Source of the DNA: Lachnospiraceae bacterium
GTDB taxonomy: Bacteria > Bacillota > Clostridia > Lachnospirales > Lachnospiraceae
Length of the DNA: 64,000 nt
Reading direction: 5' to 3'
Assembly: GCA_963605385.1 (NCBI GenBank)
Contig: CAVCUM010000006.1
Coordinates: forward strand, 551 to 64,550
Numbering within the stretch: position 1 is the first letter of the stretch; each line of letters begins with the position of its first letter. This document shows, piece by piece, positions 18,959 to 28,892 of the stretch. The translations under genes were made by a program, and so were the position numbers. The notes below the pieces were generated by a model. That model was not told the DNA's origin. It made no database searches and saw only the letters and a list, made by a program, of their open reading frames with translations.

Positions 18959-19906
18959 CTACAGACTTAAAATAATCTGCTTTAGCTCGTCAAAGGTCTC
19001 CATCTCGTTTATTTCCCTGCGCATTTTGGCCGCGCCTTCAAAGCCCTTCAAATACCATGAAAGATGCTTTCGCATTTCAAGAACGCCGAGATGCTCGCCT
19101 TTATATTTTAGCTGCATTTCACTATGGGCAAGAATCGTTTCCTTAAGCTCTTCCTTTGTAGGCGGAATGTATTCTTTCCCTAAGAGCGCACAGCTTATCT
19201 CCCTAAAAATAAAAGGATTTCCCTCGGCTGCTCTTCCCACCATGACTCCGTCACAGCCCGTTTCTTTAAGCATTTTAAGAGCATCCGCTCCGGAGGCAAT
19301 GTCTCCGTTTCCTATAACCGGAATATTAACGTTTGCCTTTACCTTGCCGATAATGTCCCAGTCTGCGTGCCCTGAATAATATTCCTCACGGGTGCGCCCA
19401 TGTACCGCAATTGCCTTTGCACCGGCTGATTCGCAGGCCCTCGCTATTTCAACGGCATTGACATGTGCCGCATCAAAGCCCCTCCGAATCTTTACCGTGA
19501 CGGGCTTTTTTATAGCTTTCGAAACCTTGTCGACGATCTTGTAAACCGTATCCGGCTCCTTTAACAGGTATGAGCCCTCATGGTTATTTACTATCTTTGG
19601 CACGGGGCAACCCATATTTATATCAAGAAAGGTAAACGGCCTATCCTCTATCTTCAAAGCCGCCTCTTTAAGGATTTCCGGGTCATTTCCAAACAGCTGC
19701 AGGGAAACAGGTCCCTCATTAGGATGAATTTCCATGAGTGTTTCGGTATTTTTATTATTATAAAGAATGGCCTTTGCGCTTACCATTTCCATATAGGTAA
19801 GGCCTGCGCCCTCTTTTTGGCACAGCAAACGAAAAGGCAGGTCTGAAACGCCTGCCATCGGAGCCAATACTATGTTGTTTTTAAGCTCTGTATCCGCTAT
19901 TTTCAT
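18959..19906 (-). CDS. dusB: tRNA-dihydrouridine synthase B
   Basis: LAPMAG, DINMGCP, VHGRT, IGNGDI motifs. Confidence 0.95.
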   Translation of the reverse strand: MKIADTELKNNIVLAPMAGVSDLPFRLLCQKEGAGLTYMEMVSAKAILYNNKNTETLMEIHPNEGPVSLQLFGNDPEILKEAALKIEDRPFTFLDINMGCPVPKIVNNHEGSYLLKEPDTVYKIVDKVSKAIKKPVTVKIRRGFDAAHVNAVEIARACESAGAKAIAVHGRTREEYYSGHADWDIIGKVKANVNIPVIGNGDIASGADALKMLKETGCDGVMVGRAAEGNPFIFREISCALLGKEYIPPTKEELKETILAHSEMQLKYKGEHLGVLEMRKHLSWYLKGFEGAAKMRREINEMETFDELKQIILSL

Positions 19907-19914
19907 AAAGAAGC

Positions 19915-20253
19915 TTAATCCTCTAATGAAACATCTTCCTTGAGAACAACTATTCTGTAAAAAAGATTCAGTGATTCAAACATTTCCTGACGGGTGTTGC
20001 GAATCTTTGAAACCAAGAGTCCGGCCGCAACTTCATCATAAAGATAATCCTCGGGTGCCGCTTCCGTTGTAATCACAAGCTCACCCTCCTCATCAAATCC
20101 AATCGTGATAATTCCTCCGACCTCATTTGTAAAAAGAACGCAGATGATGTTTAGCTCTTTCTTTATCGAGTCCGGAATCTTTTCAAATATAGGATTTAAA
20201 TAATATTTCTGTTCATATGCGTTTGCACCGCAAATTATAGTTTTCTTCATCAA
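19915..20253 (-). CDS. Conserved hypothetical protein (DUF6145-like)
   Basis: [13 protein letters not shown] motif recognised from clostridial hypotheticals; translationally coupled to argF. Confidence 0.7.
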   Translation of the reverse strand: MMKKTIICGANAYEQKYYLNPIFEKIPDSIKKELNIICVLFTNEVGGIITIGFDEEGELVITTEAAPEDYLYDEVAAGLLVSKIRNTRQEMFESLNLFYRIVVLKEDVSLED

Positions 20254-21245
20254 AACTCATACCCCAGTGTTGCAGCCATCACAGCCTTTATGGTATGCAT
20301 GCGGTTTTCGGCTTCATCAAATACAAGCGACTGTTTTGATTCAAAGACTTCATCCGTAACCTCCATTTCGGTACGGTTAAAACGCTCACCCATTTCTTTG
20401 CCGATGGTTGTCTTATGATCGTGAAAGGCAGGAAGACAGTGAAGGAAGATAGCCTTTTTCCCGGCATTTTCCATAATAGCCTTATTTACCTGGTAGGGTG
20501 AAAGCTCTTTTATGCGCTCTTCCCATACTTCGACAGGCTCTCCCATCGATACCCAGACATCGGTATAAACAACATCCGCGCCCTTTGTGCCCTTAAATGC
20601 ATCCGTGGTAAGAGTAATTGACCCGCCGTTTTCTTTGGCTATTGCTTCGCAGGTCCTTACAAGTTCTTTATCAGGGAAGTACTTTTCCGAAGCGCAGGCC
20701 GTAAAATGCATGCCCATTTTGGCTGAGGTCACCATTAAAGAGTTTGCCATATTGTAACGGGAGTCTCCCATATATGTAAGCTTAATGCCCTTTAAATATC
20801 CGAAGTGCTCACGGATAGTGAGAAGATCTGCAAGCATCTGGGTCGGATGGAATTCATTGGTAAGACCGTTCCAAACGGGAACAGAAGAATATTTTGCAAG
20901 CTCTTCCACGATTTCCTGACCATACCCTCTGTACTCGATTCCGTCAAACATACGACAAAGAACTCTTGCCGTATCGGCAATACTCTCCTTCTTGCCAATC
21001 TGAGAGCCTGACGGATCAAGGTAGGTAACACCCATGCCCAAATCGTGTGCAGCTACTTCAAAAGAACAGCGTGTACGTGTGCTGGTCTTTTCAAATATTA
21101 AGGCAATATTCTTTCCCTTAAGTCTGTCATGCGCAATGCCTGCCTTTTTCTTTGCCTTAAGGTCGGCCGCCAAATCCACGAGGTAAGTAATCTCCTCCGG
21201 TGTATAGTCAAGAAGCTTCAAAAAATCTCTGCCCTTTAAATCCAT
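20250..21245 (-). CDS. argF: Ornithine carbamoyltransferase
   Basis: STRTR, HPTQ, DVWVSMG, HCLP motifs. Confidence 0.96.
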   Translation of the reverse strand: MDLKGRDFLKLLDYTPEEITYLVDLAADLKAKKKAGIAHDRLKGKNIALIFEKTSTRTRCSFEVAAHDLGMGVTYLDPSGSQIGKKESIADTARVLCRMFDGIEYRGYGQEIVEELAKYSSVPVWNGLTNEFHPTQMLADLLTIREHFGYLKGIKLTYMGDSRYNMANSLMVTSAKMGMHFTACASEKYFPDKELVRTCEAIAKENGGSITLTTDAFKGTKGADVVYTDVWVSMGEPVEVWEERIKELSPYQVNKAIMENAGKKAIFLHCLPAFHDHKTTIGKEMGERFNRTEMEVTDEVFESKQSLVFDEAENRMHTIKAVMAATLGYEF

Positions 21246-21309
21246 ATGCTGTATCTCCTAAAGTTATATGCTTTTGATAAGCTTTAGTGGAACTAAACAA
21301 AAATAAAAT

Positions 21310-21339
21310 CTCCTCAAGGATGCTTTGTCCTTGAGGAGC
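21310..21339 (-). terminator. Terminator hairpin after the SPFH gene
   Basis: CTCCTCAAGGA/TCCTTGAGGAG stem. Confidence 0.6.
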
Positions 21340-21351
21340 AATGCAGTACGA

Positions 21352-22263
21352 TTATAATACTTCCTTTATGGACTTCGCAAGCCCTGCGACGCCCTGGATT
21401 TCCGAAGGAATGATGATCTTCGTAGCCTGACCGTTTGCAGCAGCCTCGAAGGCATCAAGGCTTCTTAATTTGATGACGGCATCATCGGCGCCTGCATCCT
21501 TCAACATGCGGATACCGTCTGCCGTTGCCTGCTGAACCTTAAGGATTGCTTCGGCTTCACCTTCGGCCTCGCGAATTCTTTTTTCTTTTTCCGCCTCTGC
21601 ACGTAAGACTGTCGATTCCTTCTCGGCCTGCGCTTCAAGAATTGCGGATTCCTTCTTACCTTCAGCAACAAGAATGGTGGACTTCTTCTCACCTTCCGCG
21701 ATAAGGATTGCCTCACGTCTTTCACGCTCTGCCTTCATCTGCTTCTCCATCGCATCACGGATTGCCGCAGGGGGCATGATGTTCTTAAGCTCGACACGGT
21801 TTATCTTGATACCCCAGGGGTCTGTTGCCTCATCAAGAGTTGCACGCATTTTTGTGTTGATGGTTTCTCTTGAAGTAAGGGTTTCATCGAGTTCAAGGTC
21901 ACCGATTATGTTACGAAGCGTGGTTGCGGTGAGATTTTCAATGGCAACCATGGGTGCTTCAACGCCGTATGCGTAAAGCTTGGGGTCCGTTATCTGGAAA
22001 TAAACAACAGTATCAATCTGCATCGTAACGTTATCCTTTGTGATAACCGGCTGAGGCGGAAAGTCAACGACCTGTTCCTTTAAGATGACCCTCTTTGCCA
22101 CCTTGTCAATGATGGGCATCTTAAAATGTAAGCCCACCGACCAGGTTGCCTGATAGGCTCCGAGTCTCTCAACCACAAATGCCTGTGCCTGAGGCACGAT
22201 TTTAATACACGAGATAATGATTAAAAGTAAAAGTACAAAAATTATAATAATTGCTACTGTCAT
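21352..22263 (-). CDS. SPFH/stomatin (band 7) membrane protein
   Basis: VVERLG, VITKDNV, AMEKQMKAERERR coiled coil. Confidence 0.93.
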   Translation of the reverse strand: MTVAIIIIFVLLLLIIISCIKIVPQAQAFVVERLGAYQATWSVGLHFKMPIIDKVAKRVILKEQVVDFPPQPVITKDNVTMQIDTVVYFQITDPKLYAYGVEAPMVAIENLTATTLRNIIGDLELDETLTSRETINTKMRATLDEATDPWGIKINRVELKNIMPPAAIRDAMEKQMKAERERREAILIAEGEKKSTILVAEGKKESAILEAQAEKESTVLRAEAEKEKRIREAEGEAEAILKVQQATADGIRMLKDAGADDAVIKLRSLDAFEAAANGQATKIIIPSEIQGVAGLAKSIKEVL

Positions 22264-22265
22264 AA

Positions 22266-22715
22266 TTAACCCTCCTTATTTAAATCAGTTTCTACAATAA
22301 GCTTGACACCCTCTACGGATGTAATCTTTACAACACTTCCGGCCGGTATCATGCTTCCGTCCTTTGAACGCGCACTCCAGTCCATTCCGTTAACCTTGAC
22401 CTGACCTATGCCCTCAAGATTATTAATTTCGCTGATGACTATCGCGTCAAGTCCTATCATGCTTTCCACGTTTGTACGGGTACGGCTCTTATTGAAATAC
22501 TTTACCGCTATCGGTCTCGTAAAGTACAAAAGCAATACCGAAGCACCCAGGAATATGATGATTTGAAGCCATATCGGCGCATGCAGCGCAGCTGAAAGAC
22601 AAGCCACTAGCGATCCTCCCGCAAACCAGATTGTCGTAAGTCCCATCGTCAAAAGCTCAACGATCAGGAAAGCCGCAAAGAGTAACAGCCAGACAATCGT
22701 CATTGAATAATTCAT
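22266..22715 (-). CDS. NfeD family membrane protein (SPFH partner)
   Basis: N-terminal TM helices plus OB-fold GQVKVNGMDWSARS; directly upstream of SPFH. Confidence 0.9.
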   Translation of the reverse strand: MNYSMTIVWLLLFAAFLIVELLTMGLTTIWFAGGSLVACLSAALHAPIWLQIIIFLGASVLLLYFTRPIAVKYFNKSRTRTNVESMIGLDAIVISEINNLEGIGQVKVNGMDWSARSKDGSMIPAGSVVKITSVEGVKLIVETDLNKEG

Positions 22716-22772
22716 ATCTCCCCTCCTTTGTAGCTAAATGCACACCTGTTTATTTATTTAAGAGAAAGTCCT

Positions 22773-23870
22773 TTAATCCTGGATTTTATTTTTCTCTTTC
22801 ACCTCGTACATTTCTTTGTCGGCACGTTCAACCGACCATTCGATAGGCATTTCCGGATCCGTATAAGCGTATCCTACCGAAACCGCCGTAAACCTCGGTT
22901 CCTCCAAGTGAATGCTTCTTACTTCCTGCTCAAATTTTGAAATCAAAGCCTTAATACGTTCCTCTGCATTTTTATCGGCATATTTGCTTTTTCTCTTGAT
23001 GATGACGCAAAATTCATCGCCGCCTATTCTATAAATATGTCCTTCCCTTGAAAAGACTTTCGTCAAGAGATTTGAGGTAAGGAGCAGGCATTTGTCACCG
23101 ACCTGATGACCGAAGGTATCATTGATGGACTTAAACGAATCTATGTCAAAAATCAGTAGGCAGGTTTCGTAATTGATCTCATTCAGCTTCTTTTCATAGC
23201 ACCAACGGTTAAGAAGTCCGGTAATCTTGTCCGTCTGAAGTATCATGTTGTTCGCATAGGAATATGCTATTATCATGGCAATTTCGCCAGCCAGAAAGCC
23301 TATCTTGACATCGCTTAGAAAGACCTGTACCAAAACCCCATAGGAAACAAACAGAATGGAAACTATGATGACAAGCAGATTTCTGCTCTGATACTTCTTC
23401 CCGACAGTCACAAATTCGAGAACAATAATTAATACTTCAATCATATAGACAGCTACATATATGAAATAATAACTACCGCGTACATAGACGTTGTTCGAAT
23501 CAATAGTAAAAATCAAGCCGAAAAAGGCTGCCACTACTTCAAAGATTGCATGAGCGAGTACAAAGGCCCATAAAAGCTTTTTCTTTGTAAAGTTCCGAAA
23601 TATGCCTATTCCTACCGCAATCGCTGCGGGAACAAGGCAAAATTCCATAGTCTTTACGACGTAGTGAAGCAAAATATACTCTTTCGGTGCTCCGTTTAAG
23701 TAAACGTTGAGCCAGGAAAGCAAAGAAACGATGCCTAAAAGCACGAAAGATGAGATAAATCCGCGTTTAACGTCTTCGCTCACAATCGGATTGGGTGCGA
23801 TGAGCACCACCATCAGAATTGCGGCAAGTATTTGAATTGAAATTATTGCAGTAAAAAAACTCATATGCAC
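22773..23870 (-). CDS. Membrane-bound diguanylate cyclase (GGDEF)
   Basis: About 7 TM segments then DIDSFKSINDTFGH and RIGGDEF. Confidence 0.92.
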   Translation of the reverse strand: MHMSFFTAIISIQILAAILMVVLIAPNPIVSEDVKRGFISSFVLLGIVSLLSWLNVYLNGAPKEYILLHYVVKTMEFCLVPAAIAVGIGIFRNFTKKKLLWAFVLAHAIFEVVAAFFGLIFTIDSNNVYVRGSYYFIYVAVYMIEVLIIVLEFVTVGKKYQSRNLLVIIVSILFVSYGVLVQVFLSDVKIGFLAGEIAMIIAYSYANNMILQTDKITGLLNRWCYEKKLNEINYETCLLIFDIDSFKSINDTFGHQVGDKCLLLTSNLLTKVFSREGHIYRIGGDEFCVIIKRKSKYADKNAEERIKALISKFEQEVRSIHLEEPRFTAVSVGYAYTDPEMPIEWSVERADKEMYEVKEKNKIQD

Positions 23871-23940
23871 AACACCTTTAAGAGCACAAACATATATTTA
23901 TTATATCTCACCATAAGAGATTTTCACAGTGCTTCTTTAC

Positions 23941-24059
23941 ATTGGCCAAGACTTGCCCGTAAATCTATGGCGTCAAATTTGAGTAAGCGTGTAAACATTA
24001 CATCTTCAAATCCGCGTTTAAGCCTCGCATTTAACTTAAGTCAAACAGGCTTAGTTAAA
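23941..24059 (+). repeat. Copy (C) of dispersed structured intergenic repeat
   Basis: CATCTTCAAATCCGCGTTTAAGCCTCGC matches CATCTTCGAATCCGGCGTTTAAGCTTCGC of the 63.6-kb copy; its end overlaps the stop codon at 24055. Confidence 0.75.
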
Positions 24060-24603
24060 GCCGGCATATCAGCTCTTCGCCGTTATCCTTAAGCCACTTT
24101 CTTTGTTCTTTATAATCAGGCATGTATAAAGAAACCTCGTTCCAGAAGTCACGTGAGTGGTTCATATATTTTCTGTGGCAAAGTTCATGCACCACCACAT
24201 ATCTCATGACTCCCTCAGGACAAAGCGCCAAAAGGCAGTTGAAATTAAGGTTACCCTTTCCCGAACAGCTACCCCATCTCGTCTTCTGAGCTCTTATCGA
24301 AACGGTTTCGTATGAAACTCCGATAATTTCGGCATATTCGGTTATCAACGGGAGTAAGAGCTTCCTTGCCTCACTTTTAAGCTTTTTAAGCTCGCTATCG
24401 GTAAATTTTGTTATTTTTGTTTCTTTCGCCCGCTCTAAGGCAGCCTTTTCAAGGGCATTTTTAATCCATTCTTCTTTTTCTGCCACAAATTTTTTAATGG
24501 CCTTGTCAGAAAGAAAGAGAGGTGCCTTTACATTAACCTCTCCCTCCTTTGTCACCGATATTGAAAGCGATTTTCGTCTGCTTTTAATAATCCTAAAATC
24601 CAT
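24055..24603 (-). CDS. YgjP/DUF45 (M48/SprT-like) metal-dependent hydrolase
   Basis: QKTRWGSCS and VVVHELCH (HExxH). Confidence 0.9.
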   Translation of the reverse strand: MDFRIIKSRRKSLSISVTKEGEVNVKAPLFLSDKAIKKFVAEKEEWIKNALEKAALERAKETKITKFTDSELKKLKSEARKLLLPLITEYAEIIGVSYETVSIRAQKTRWGSCSGKGNLNFNCLLALCPEGVMRYVVVHELCHRKYMNHSRDFWNEVSLYMPDYKEQRKWLKDNGEELICRL

Positions 24604-24606
24604 TGC

Positions 24607-25200
24607 TTAGAAAAATACTCCCTTAATAAAAATCTCAAGTCCGATTCCTATCAGTATTATACCACCAAGTATTGTTGCTTTGTTTGAAAGCTTTGTACCG
24701 AACTTCTTTCCGATTTCAAGTCCGCAAAAGCAAACCGCAAAGGTTACTGCCGCAATGATGACACCTGCTATAAACGCCATCAGGAAATTATACTCTGCAA
24801 TTGTAAAGCCTACGGAAAGAGCGTCGATTGAGGTCGCAACACCCTGAATGACAAGTGCCTTGAAGGTCAGGCTCTTGGGTTCTTTTTCCTCAGTGTCGTT
24901 CTTTGCCTTTATACCTTCAAGGAGCATTCCTCCTCCGATATAAAGAAGAAGCGCCAGGGCAATCCATGGAATAAGTTTTTCAAATACTTTAAAATATTCA
25001 AGAATTGTGTGAACGCATACCCAGCCGGCAAGTGGCATAAACCATTGGAAGAATGCGTAAACACCCGCAATGCCGCATTCTCTTTTCTTTTTCATGGTTG
25101 GCTCGTTTAGGCCGTTGGCAAGCGATACCGAAAAAGCGTCCATCGCAAGTCCAAAGCCAAGTAAGACGTTGTTAAAGACAAACAAAAAATTGAAATTCAT
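24607..25200 (-). CDS. mntP: Manganese efflux pump MntP
   Basis: LAMDAFSVS and ATSIDALSVG motifs; yybP-ykoY riboswitch upstream. Confidence 0.93.
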   Translation of the reverse strand: MNFNFLFVFNNVLLGFGLAMDAFSVSLANGLNEPTMKKKRECGIAGVYAFFQWFMPLAGWVCVHTILEYFKVFEKLIPWIALALLLYIGGGMLLEGIKAKNDTEEKEPKSLTFKALVIQGVATSIDALSVGFTIAEYNFLMAFIAGVIIAAVTFAVCFCGLEIGKKFGTKLSNKATILGGIILIGIGLEIFIKGVFF

Positions 25201-25358
25201 TTCTTCTTCCTCCAAAAAAACTAAAAATAGTTTCGCTTGTGAAACTCTCGCGCCAAGTGTAGTCGCGTTAGCGACATATGCGATTTGTGCGAATGTGCAT
25301 CAGTGGCACGTAGTGGCTTTTTTCTATATATAAAATTGCAAAGCAGTTTCCTATATAG

Positions 25359-25387
25359 TAAAAAAGATATGGCTTAAGGCCATATCT
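25359..25387 (-). terminator. Intrinsic terminator, likely riboswitch expression platform
   Basis: Minus strand AGATATGGC-CTTAA-GCCATATCT-TTTTT. Confidence 0.75.
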
Positions 25388-25430
25388 GTCGAAATCCATA
25401 TTTCGAAACCTGTACAGCCTTTCCGCCATA

Positions 25431-25511
25431 CATGAGTCTCGTAAATTAAAGTAAGCCAGGTTTACACCAGCATGTTGACTTACTGCGTCGGGCGCTTACT
25501 ACTCCCTCATG
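25431..25511 (-). ncRNA. yybP-ykoY Mn2+ riboswitch
   Basis: Minus strand CATGAG-GGAGTAG...CATGCTGG...CCTGGC...CGAGA-CTCATG; promoter TTTACA(25544-25549)-17-TATCAT(25521-25526); upstream of mntP. Confidence 0.85.
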
Positions 25512-25791
25512 AGTCTTTAAATGATATCATAGAATTTTGGACTTGTAAACATGAAATTTGTACCTTTTAAGCCCGCCATTTTCGAACAAAGAATCCTGTT
25601 TTGCAGGATTCTCTGCCTGCGGTGTGTGCTTTAAGTGACATCTGCCTTTCCGCCGCAGTGCGATTCTGCCCTGTATGGCTTTTAAAGTAGTAGAAAATCC
25701 CTATTACATTAAAGACTACCCTTTTGGGTAGTAGTAAAGAGCGAGTCTTTCACGTAAACTTATCTTAAAGGGAGTGTAAAAGGTTAAATAT

Positions 25792-25827
25792 AAGAGGATC
25801 TTCGCATTGAGCGGGGGTTCTCTTTTT
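25792..25827 (+). terminator. Intrinsic terminator upstream of the mntR promoter
   Basis: AAGAGGATCTTCGC-ATTGA-GCGGGGGTTCTCTT-TTT. Confidence 0.55.
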
Positions 25828-25852
25828 CCTGTTAAATGTAAATTTTTTCGAA

Positions 25853-25898
25853 AGTTGCATAGGGCTAACTTGAAAAAAGATTATGAATGATGTTTAAT
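25853..25898 (+). promoter_or_regulatory. mntR promoter with putative autoregulatory DtxR/MntR-type operator
   Basis: AGTTGCAT-AG-GGCTAACT (25853-25870) abuts TTGAAA-17-TTTAAT. Confidence 0.6.
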
Positions 25899-25947
25899 GA
25901 TTCTAAGGAATAAAGAAGCTTTTTTCAATACATTCGGAGGTTAATTC

Positions 25948-26376
25948 ATGGCAATGCAGGAATCGGGGGAAATGTACCTTGAAACGATTTTAGTCCTTTC
26001 CGAGGAGCGAAAGGTCGTAAGAAGCATAGATATATGCGAATATATGGGTTTTTCAAAGCCTTCCGTTTCGAGAGCAATGAGCAAGCTAAAGGAAGATCAT
26101 TACATCGAGATGGACAAGGACAACTATATCACCCTTACCGCCGAAGGCCTTAGGATTGCTGCAAAGATATACGAGCGTCACACCTACCTTAGTCAATTTT
26201 TTAAATCAATAGGTGTCAGTGACGAGACTGCTGCCGCCGATGCCTGCAAGATTGAACACGACATAAGCGATGAGACCTTTGATGCTATTAAAAAAATCGT
26301 TACAGACGGCAAATTGTCAAATAAGGCCGTCGGTGCCATGACAGAGGCAGAGCTTGAGAAGTTTGCGCTCTCTTAA
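25948..26376 (+). CDS. mntR: DtxR/MntR family metal-dependent repressor
   Basis: ESGEMYLETI, SKPSVSRAM, ERH, DACKIEHDIS; divergent from mntP. Confidence 0.88.
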   Translation: MAMQESGEMYLETILVLSEERKVVRSIDICEYMGFSKPSVSRAMSKLKEDHYIEMDKDNYITLTAEGLRIAAKIYERHTYLSQFFKSIGVSDETAAADACKIEHDISDETFDAIKKIVTDGKLSNKAVGAMTEAELEKFALS

Positions 26377-26455
26377 TCCGGGTTCCGGTTAGATTGCTTT
26401 ACTGCCACATCATGATACCTGATTGTTGCACGCTCTTATAACCCTATGAACGTAC

Positions 26456-26484
26456 AAAAAGCCGTCGAGACCTTCGACGGCTTT
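26456..26484. terminator. Bidirectional terminator
   Basis: AAAGCCGTCGA/TCGACGGCTTT stem between convergent genes. Confidence 0.75.
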
Positions 26485-26505
26485 AAGATTTCCATAAACC
26501 TATAT

Positions 26506-26736
26506 CTACTTGGAAATACGCTTTTTATTTGCAGGTTCGGGAATATATTCAACGATATCGCCAAAATCGGTTCCGAGAATTTCGCAAATTCTGCAGAGCA
26601 CATCCATTGACACAAGTTCCTCTTTGCGGAACTTCGTCATGGTATTGGGGGAGATGTCCGCCGCCTGTCTGAGCTGAGTAGCGCTCATCTTCTCATCAAT
26701 CAGCTTCTTCCAAAGTTTGTTATATGAAACTGCCAT
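26506..26736 (-). CDS. Cro/C1-type (HTH_26) transcriptional regulator
   Basis: VSYNKLWKKLID and LCRICEILG...GDIVEY. Confidence 0.88.
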   Translation of the reverse strand: MAVSYNKLWKKLIDEKMSATQLRQAADISPNTMTKFRKEELVSMDVLCRICEILGTDFGDIVEYIPEPANKKRISK

Positions 26737-26925
26737 ATGTGTCCTCCTAACTGTGTAATGTTTAGCCCCTCTTACAGACGCCTCGCATGTATGGTAACAA
26801 TTGTCTAATAACGTTCAATTAAACTAGTGTGAGAACAGCTTATCTTGTGAGCAATTTCAAGATTAGTAAGATAAATTCCGCAATTATTACGAATAAAAAT
26901 CAACAATCTTATAAAGGATATAATT

Positions 26926-28464
26926 ATGACCATTGAAGAAATCAGAGCCTTGGTTGCCGACCCCGGCAAGACACTTTCAAAAAAAGAACTCGAAGAATGC
27001 CTTCTTTTCTTTGACACGGATTCCGAAGGACCCGCCGAATGCATCCCGGAATTTATGAACTTTTACTTTATTTTGATGCATTCCGATGAAGACTTCTTAA
27101 TAGATGCCGTTCACATATGCAACCAAAAATACATTGCAAACATACAGTCAAAGTCCGCCCTCAGGGCAGTGCATCTTCCTTATCTCTATCTCAAAGAAAT
27201 CGACTATTACACGGCGGTCGATTCGTATTCTGAATGTATCCGTTATGTTGACAAGATTGCCGACCTTGAAAGCGCACCTTCGTTCTGCATGGCTGCGGCC
27301 TTCTCTCGAGCCATCGATATCTTCATCTCCTGCGGTCTGGCAGGGAAGGCGGAATATTATGTGGAAAGGATGCGCATACTTTCAAACGTTTCGGGAGATA
27401 TTTCCCCAAATCACCTGATGGTTCTTGATTGTAACCTCATGCACGCTTATGCCTGTATGGGAAAAAGAAAGGAATACGAGGCAGAAAGAAAAAATGTTTC
27501 ATTATTCGACTCTTCAATTTTCGATCCTTCGTTTAAAAGCCTTTCACGTCTGTATGTGCTCGGCTCAGAGGCAATCATAGATGCCAAATCTCTCCCAAGC
27601 CTTGAATACTTAAGAGAATTCAGTGACCTTATGGAAAACGGGTGCTTTTCGGCTTCTCTAACCGCAGCTTATTCAGAAGTCGTCGTTCCGATTCTCAAAT
27701 GGGTCAAGGGGCAGATTCCGATTGAAAAGCTGATTCGCTACACTCTGCATATGATAGAGGTTGCGGAAACTTTTTCCGATAAGCTTGACATGTACAAGGT
27801 GCTGATTGAGGATTTCAAAGTTGAAAGGCCCAAATACGGCTTTGTCTATGATGATTATCACAAAGCCCTCGAAGCTTATTATAACAAGAGCTGCAATATT
27901 CACAGGCATGAAGTCATCGACGAGCTCATGAGTATTAAAATGGAAAAAGAATACAAGAAGAAAGCCCTCACGGATGAACTCACTGGGCTTGGAAATCGTG
28001 CCGCCTACGAAGCTGATCTTAACGGCATCATGGCAGAATGTGGTGAGGACAAGATTCCTCCTTCAAATGTGACCATTCTCGCAATGGACGTAAACGGTTT
28101 GAAATATGTAAATGACACCTTCGGGCACAGTGCGGGCGACGGATACATAACCGGTGCCGCTTCATGTCTTAAACAAACAGTGGGAAACTACGGTCGCATC
28201 TACAGAACCGGTGGTGACGAATTCATGGCCATAGTCAGGCAGACCATCTTTCCCGCAGATGACGTCATCATGTTCTTAAGAAAAAATTTATCCGATTGGA
28301 CAGACAATTTTGGAAATCACCTGTCCATGGCTATCGGCTATGCAAAGGCAAATACCAACAAGACACTCGCAATCGACGAGCTGGTTCACCTTGCGGACAC
28401 CAATATGTACAAGGATAAAGAAAAATACTATATAGAATCCGGCCGCGACAGAAGAAGGAGATAG
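26926..28464 (+). CDS. Soluble diguanylate cyclase with helical N-terminal region
   Basis: TDELTGLGNR, DVNGLKYVNDTFGH, RTGGDEF. Confidence 0.9.
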   Translation: MTIEEIRALVADPGKTLSKKELEECLLFFDTDSEGPAECIPEFMNFYFILMHSDEDFLIDAVHICNQKYIANIQSKSALRAVHLPYLYLKEIDYYTAVDSYSECIRYVDKIADLESAPSFCMAAAFSRAIDIFISCGLAGKAEYYVERMRILSNVSGDISPNHLMVLDCNLMHAYACMGKRKEYEAERKNVSLFDSSIFDPSFKSLSRLYVLGSEAIIDAKSLPSLEYLREFSDLMENGCFSASLTAAYSEVVVPILKWVKGQIPIEKLIRYTLHMIEVAETFSDKLDMYKVLIEDFKVERPKYGFVYDDYHKALEAYYNKSCNIHRHEVIDELMSIKMEKEYKKKALTDELTGLGNRAAYEADLNGIMAECGEDKIPPSNVTILAMDVNGLKYVNDTFGHSAGDGYITGAASCLKQTVGNYGRIYRTGGDEFMAIVRQTIFPADDVIMFLRKNLSDWTDNFGNHLSMAIGYAKANTNKTLAIDELVHLADTNMYKDKEKYYIESGRDRRRR

Positions 28465-28537
28465 GATTTAAAGATGTAAATGTCCGTCAATTGAGATTCA
28501 AATCCTGTACCAGGGACTTTCGAATGAATCTTGACTG

Positions 28538-28591
28538 TTGACATTTTCATTATCCTTTGTATAATGTAATTAAAGTTAGCCGAGGCTAACT
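28538..28591 (+). promoter_or_regulatory. Consensus SigA promoter plus perfect DtxR/MntR-type palindrome
   Basis: TTGACA(28538)-16-TATAAT(28560); AGTTAGCC-GA-GGCTAACT (28574-28591). Confidence 0.8.
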
Positions 28592-28619
28592 GAGACAAAT
28601 TGCAAAGGAGGGATAAATT

Positions 28620-28739
28620 ATGTCAGATCTTATAATCTCCGTAATTCTTGTTTTGATAATCGCAATGCTTACAAAACTTCTTGGCTCCCTAAAGAAGAAG
28701 CTTCGTGATTATTTGATTCAAAGACTTGCACACGCATGA
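28620..28739 (+). CDS. 39-aa single-helix membrane peptide, absent from the ORF track
   Basis: AAAGGAGG RBS; MSDLIISVILVLIIAMLTKLLGSLKKKLRDYLIQRLAHA; own promoter and terminator. Confidence 0.75.
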   Translation: MSDLIISVILVLIIAMLTKLLGSLKKKLRDYLIQRLAHA

Positions 28740-28759
28740 TTATTATCCTAAATAGACTT

Positions 28760-28789
28760 AAAAGGACAGGCAATTTGCCTGTCCTTTTC
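28760..28789. terminator. Bidirectional terminator
   Basis: AAAAGGACAGGCAA/TTGCCTGTCCTTTT. Confidence 0.85.
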
Positions 28790-28892
28790 ATTTACGTTTC
28801 TGTCCTCAAAATTCAAGCACGAGCCGTGTTTGCACGCACCTACATTTGAATCACCAATCAAGTTTGGAAGTTTATTTCAAGCTTATCCTTTA

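Noticed and set aside
25551..25635. 27-aa ORF MKFVPFKP... upstream of mntR
   Set aside because: No RBS, and it runs through the shared hairpin motif
26506..26736. Prophage or ICE marked by the Cro/C1 HTH gene
   Set aside because: No integrase, structural, relaxase or transfer genes nearby
28477..28880. Additional copies of the dispersed repeat (AGATTCA/TGAATCT near 28494-28531; ATTCAA/TTGAAT near 28811-28851)
   Set aside because: Similar stem architecture but flanking similarity too weak to call by eye
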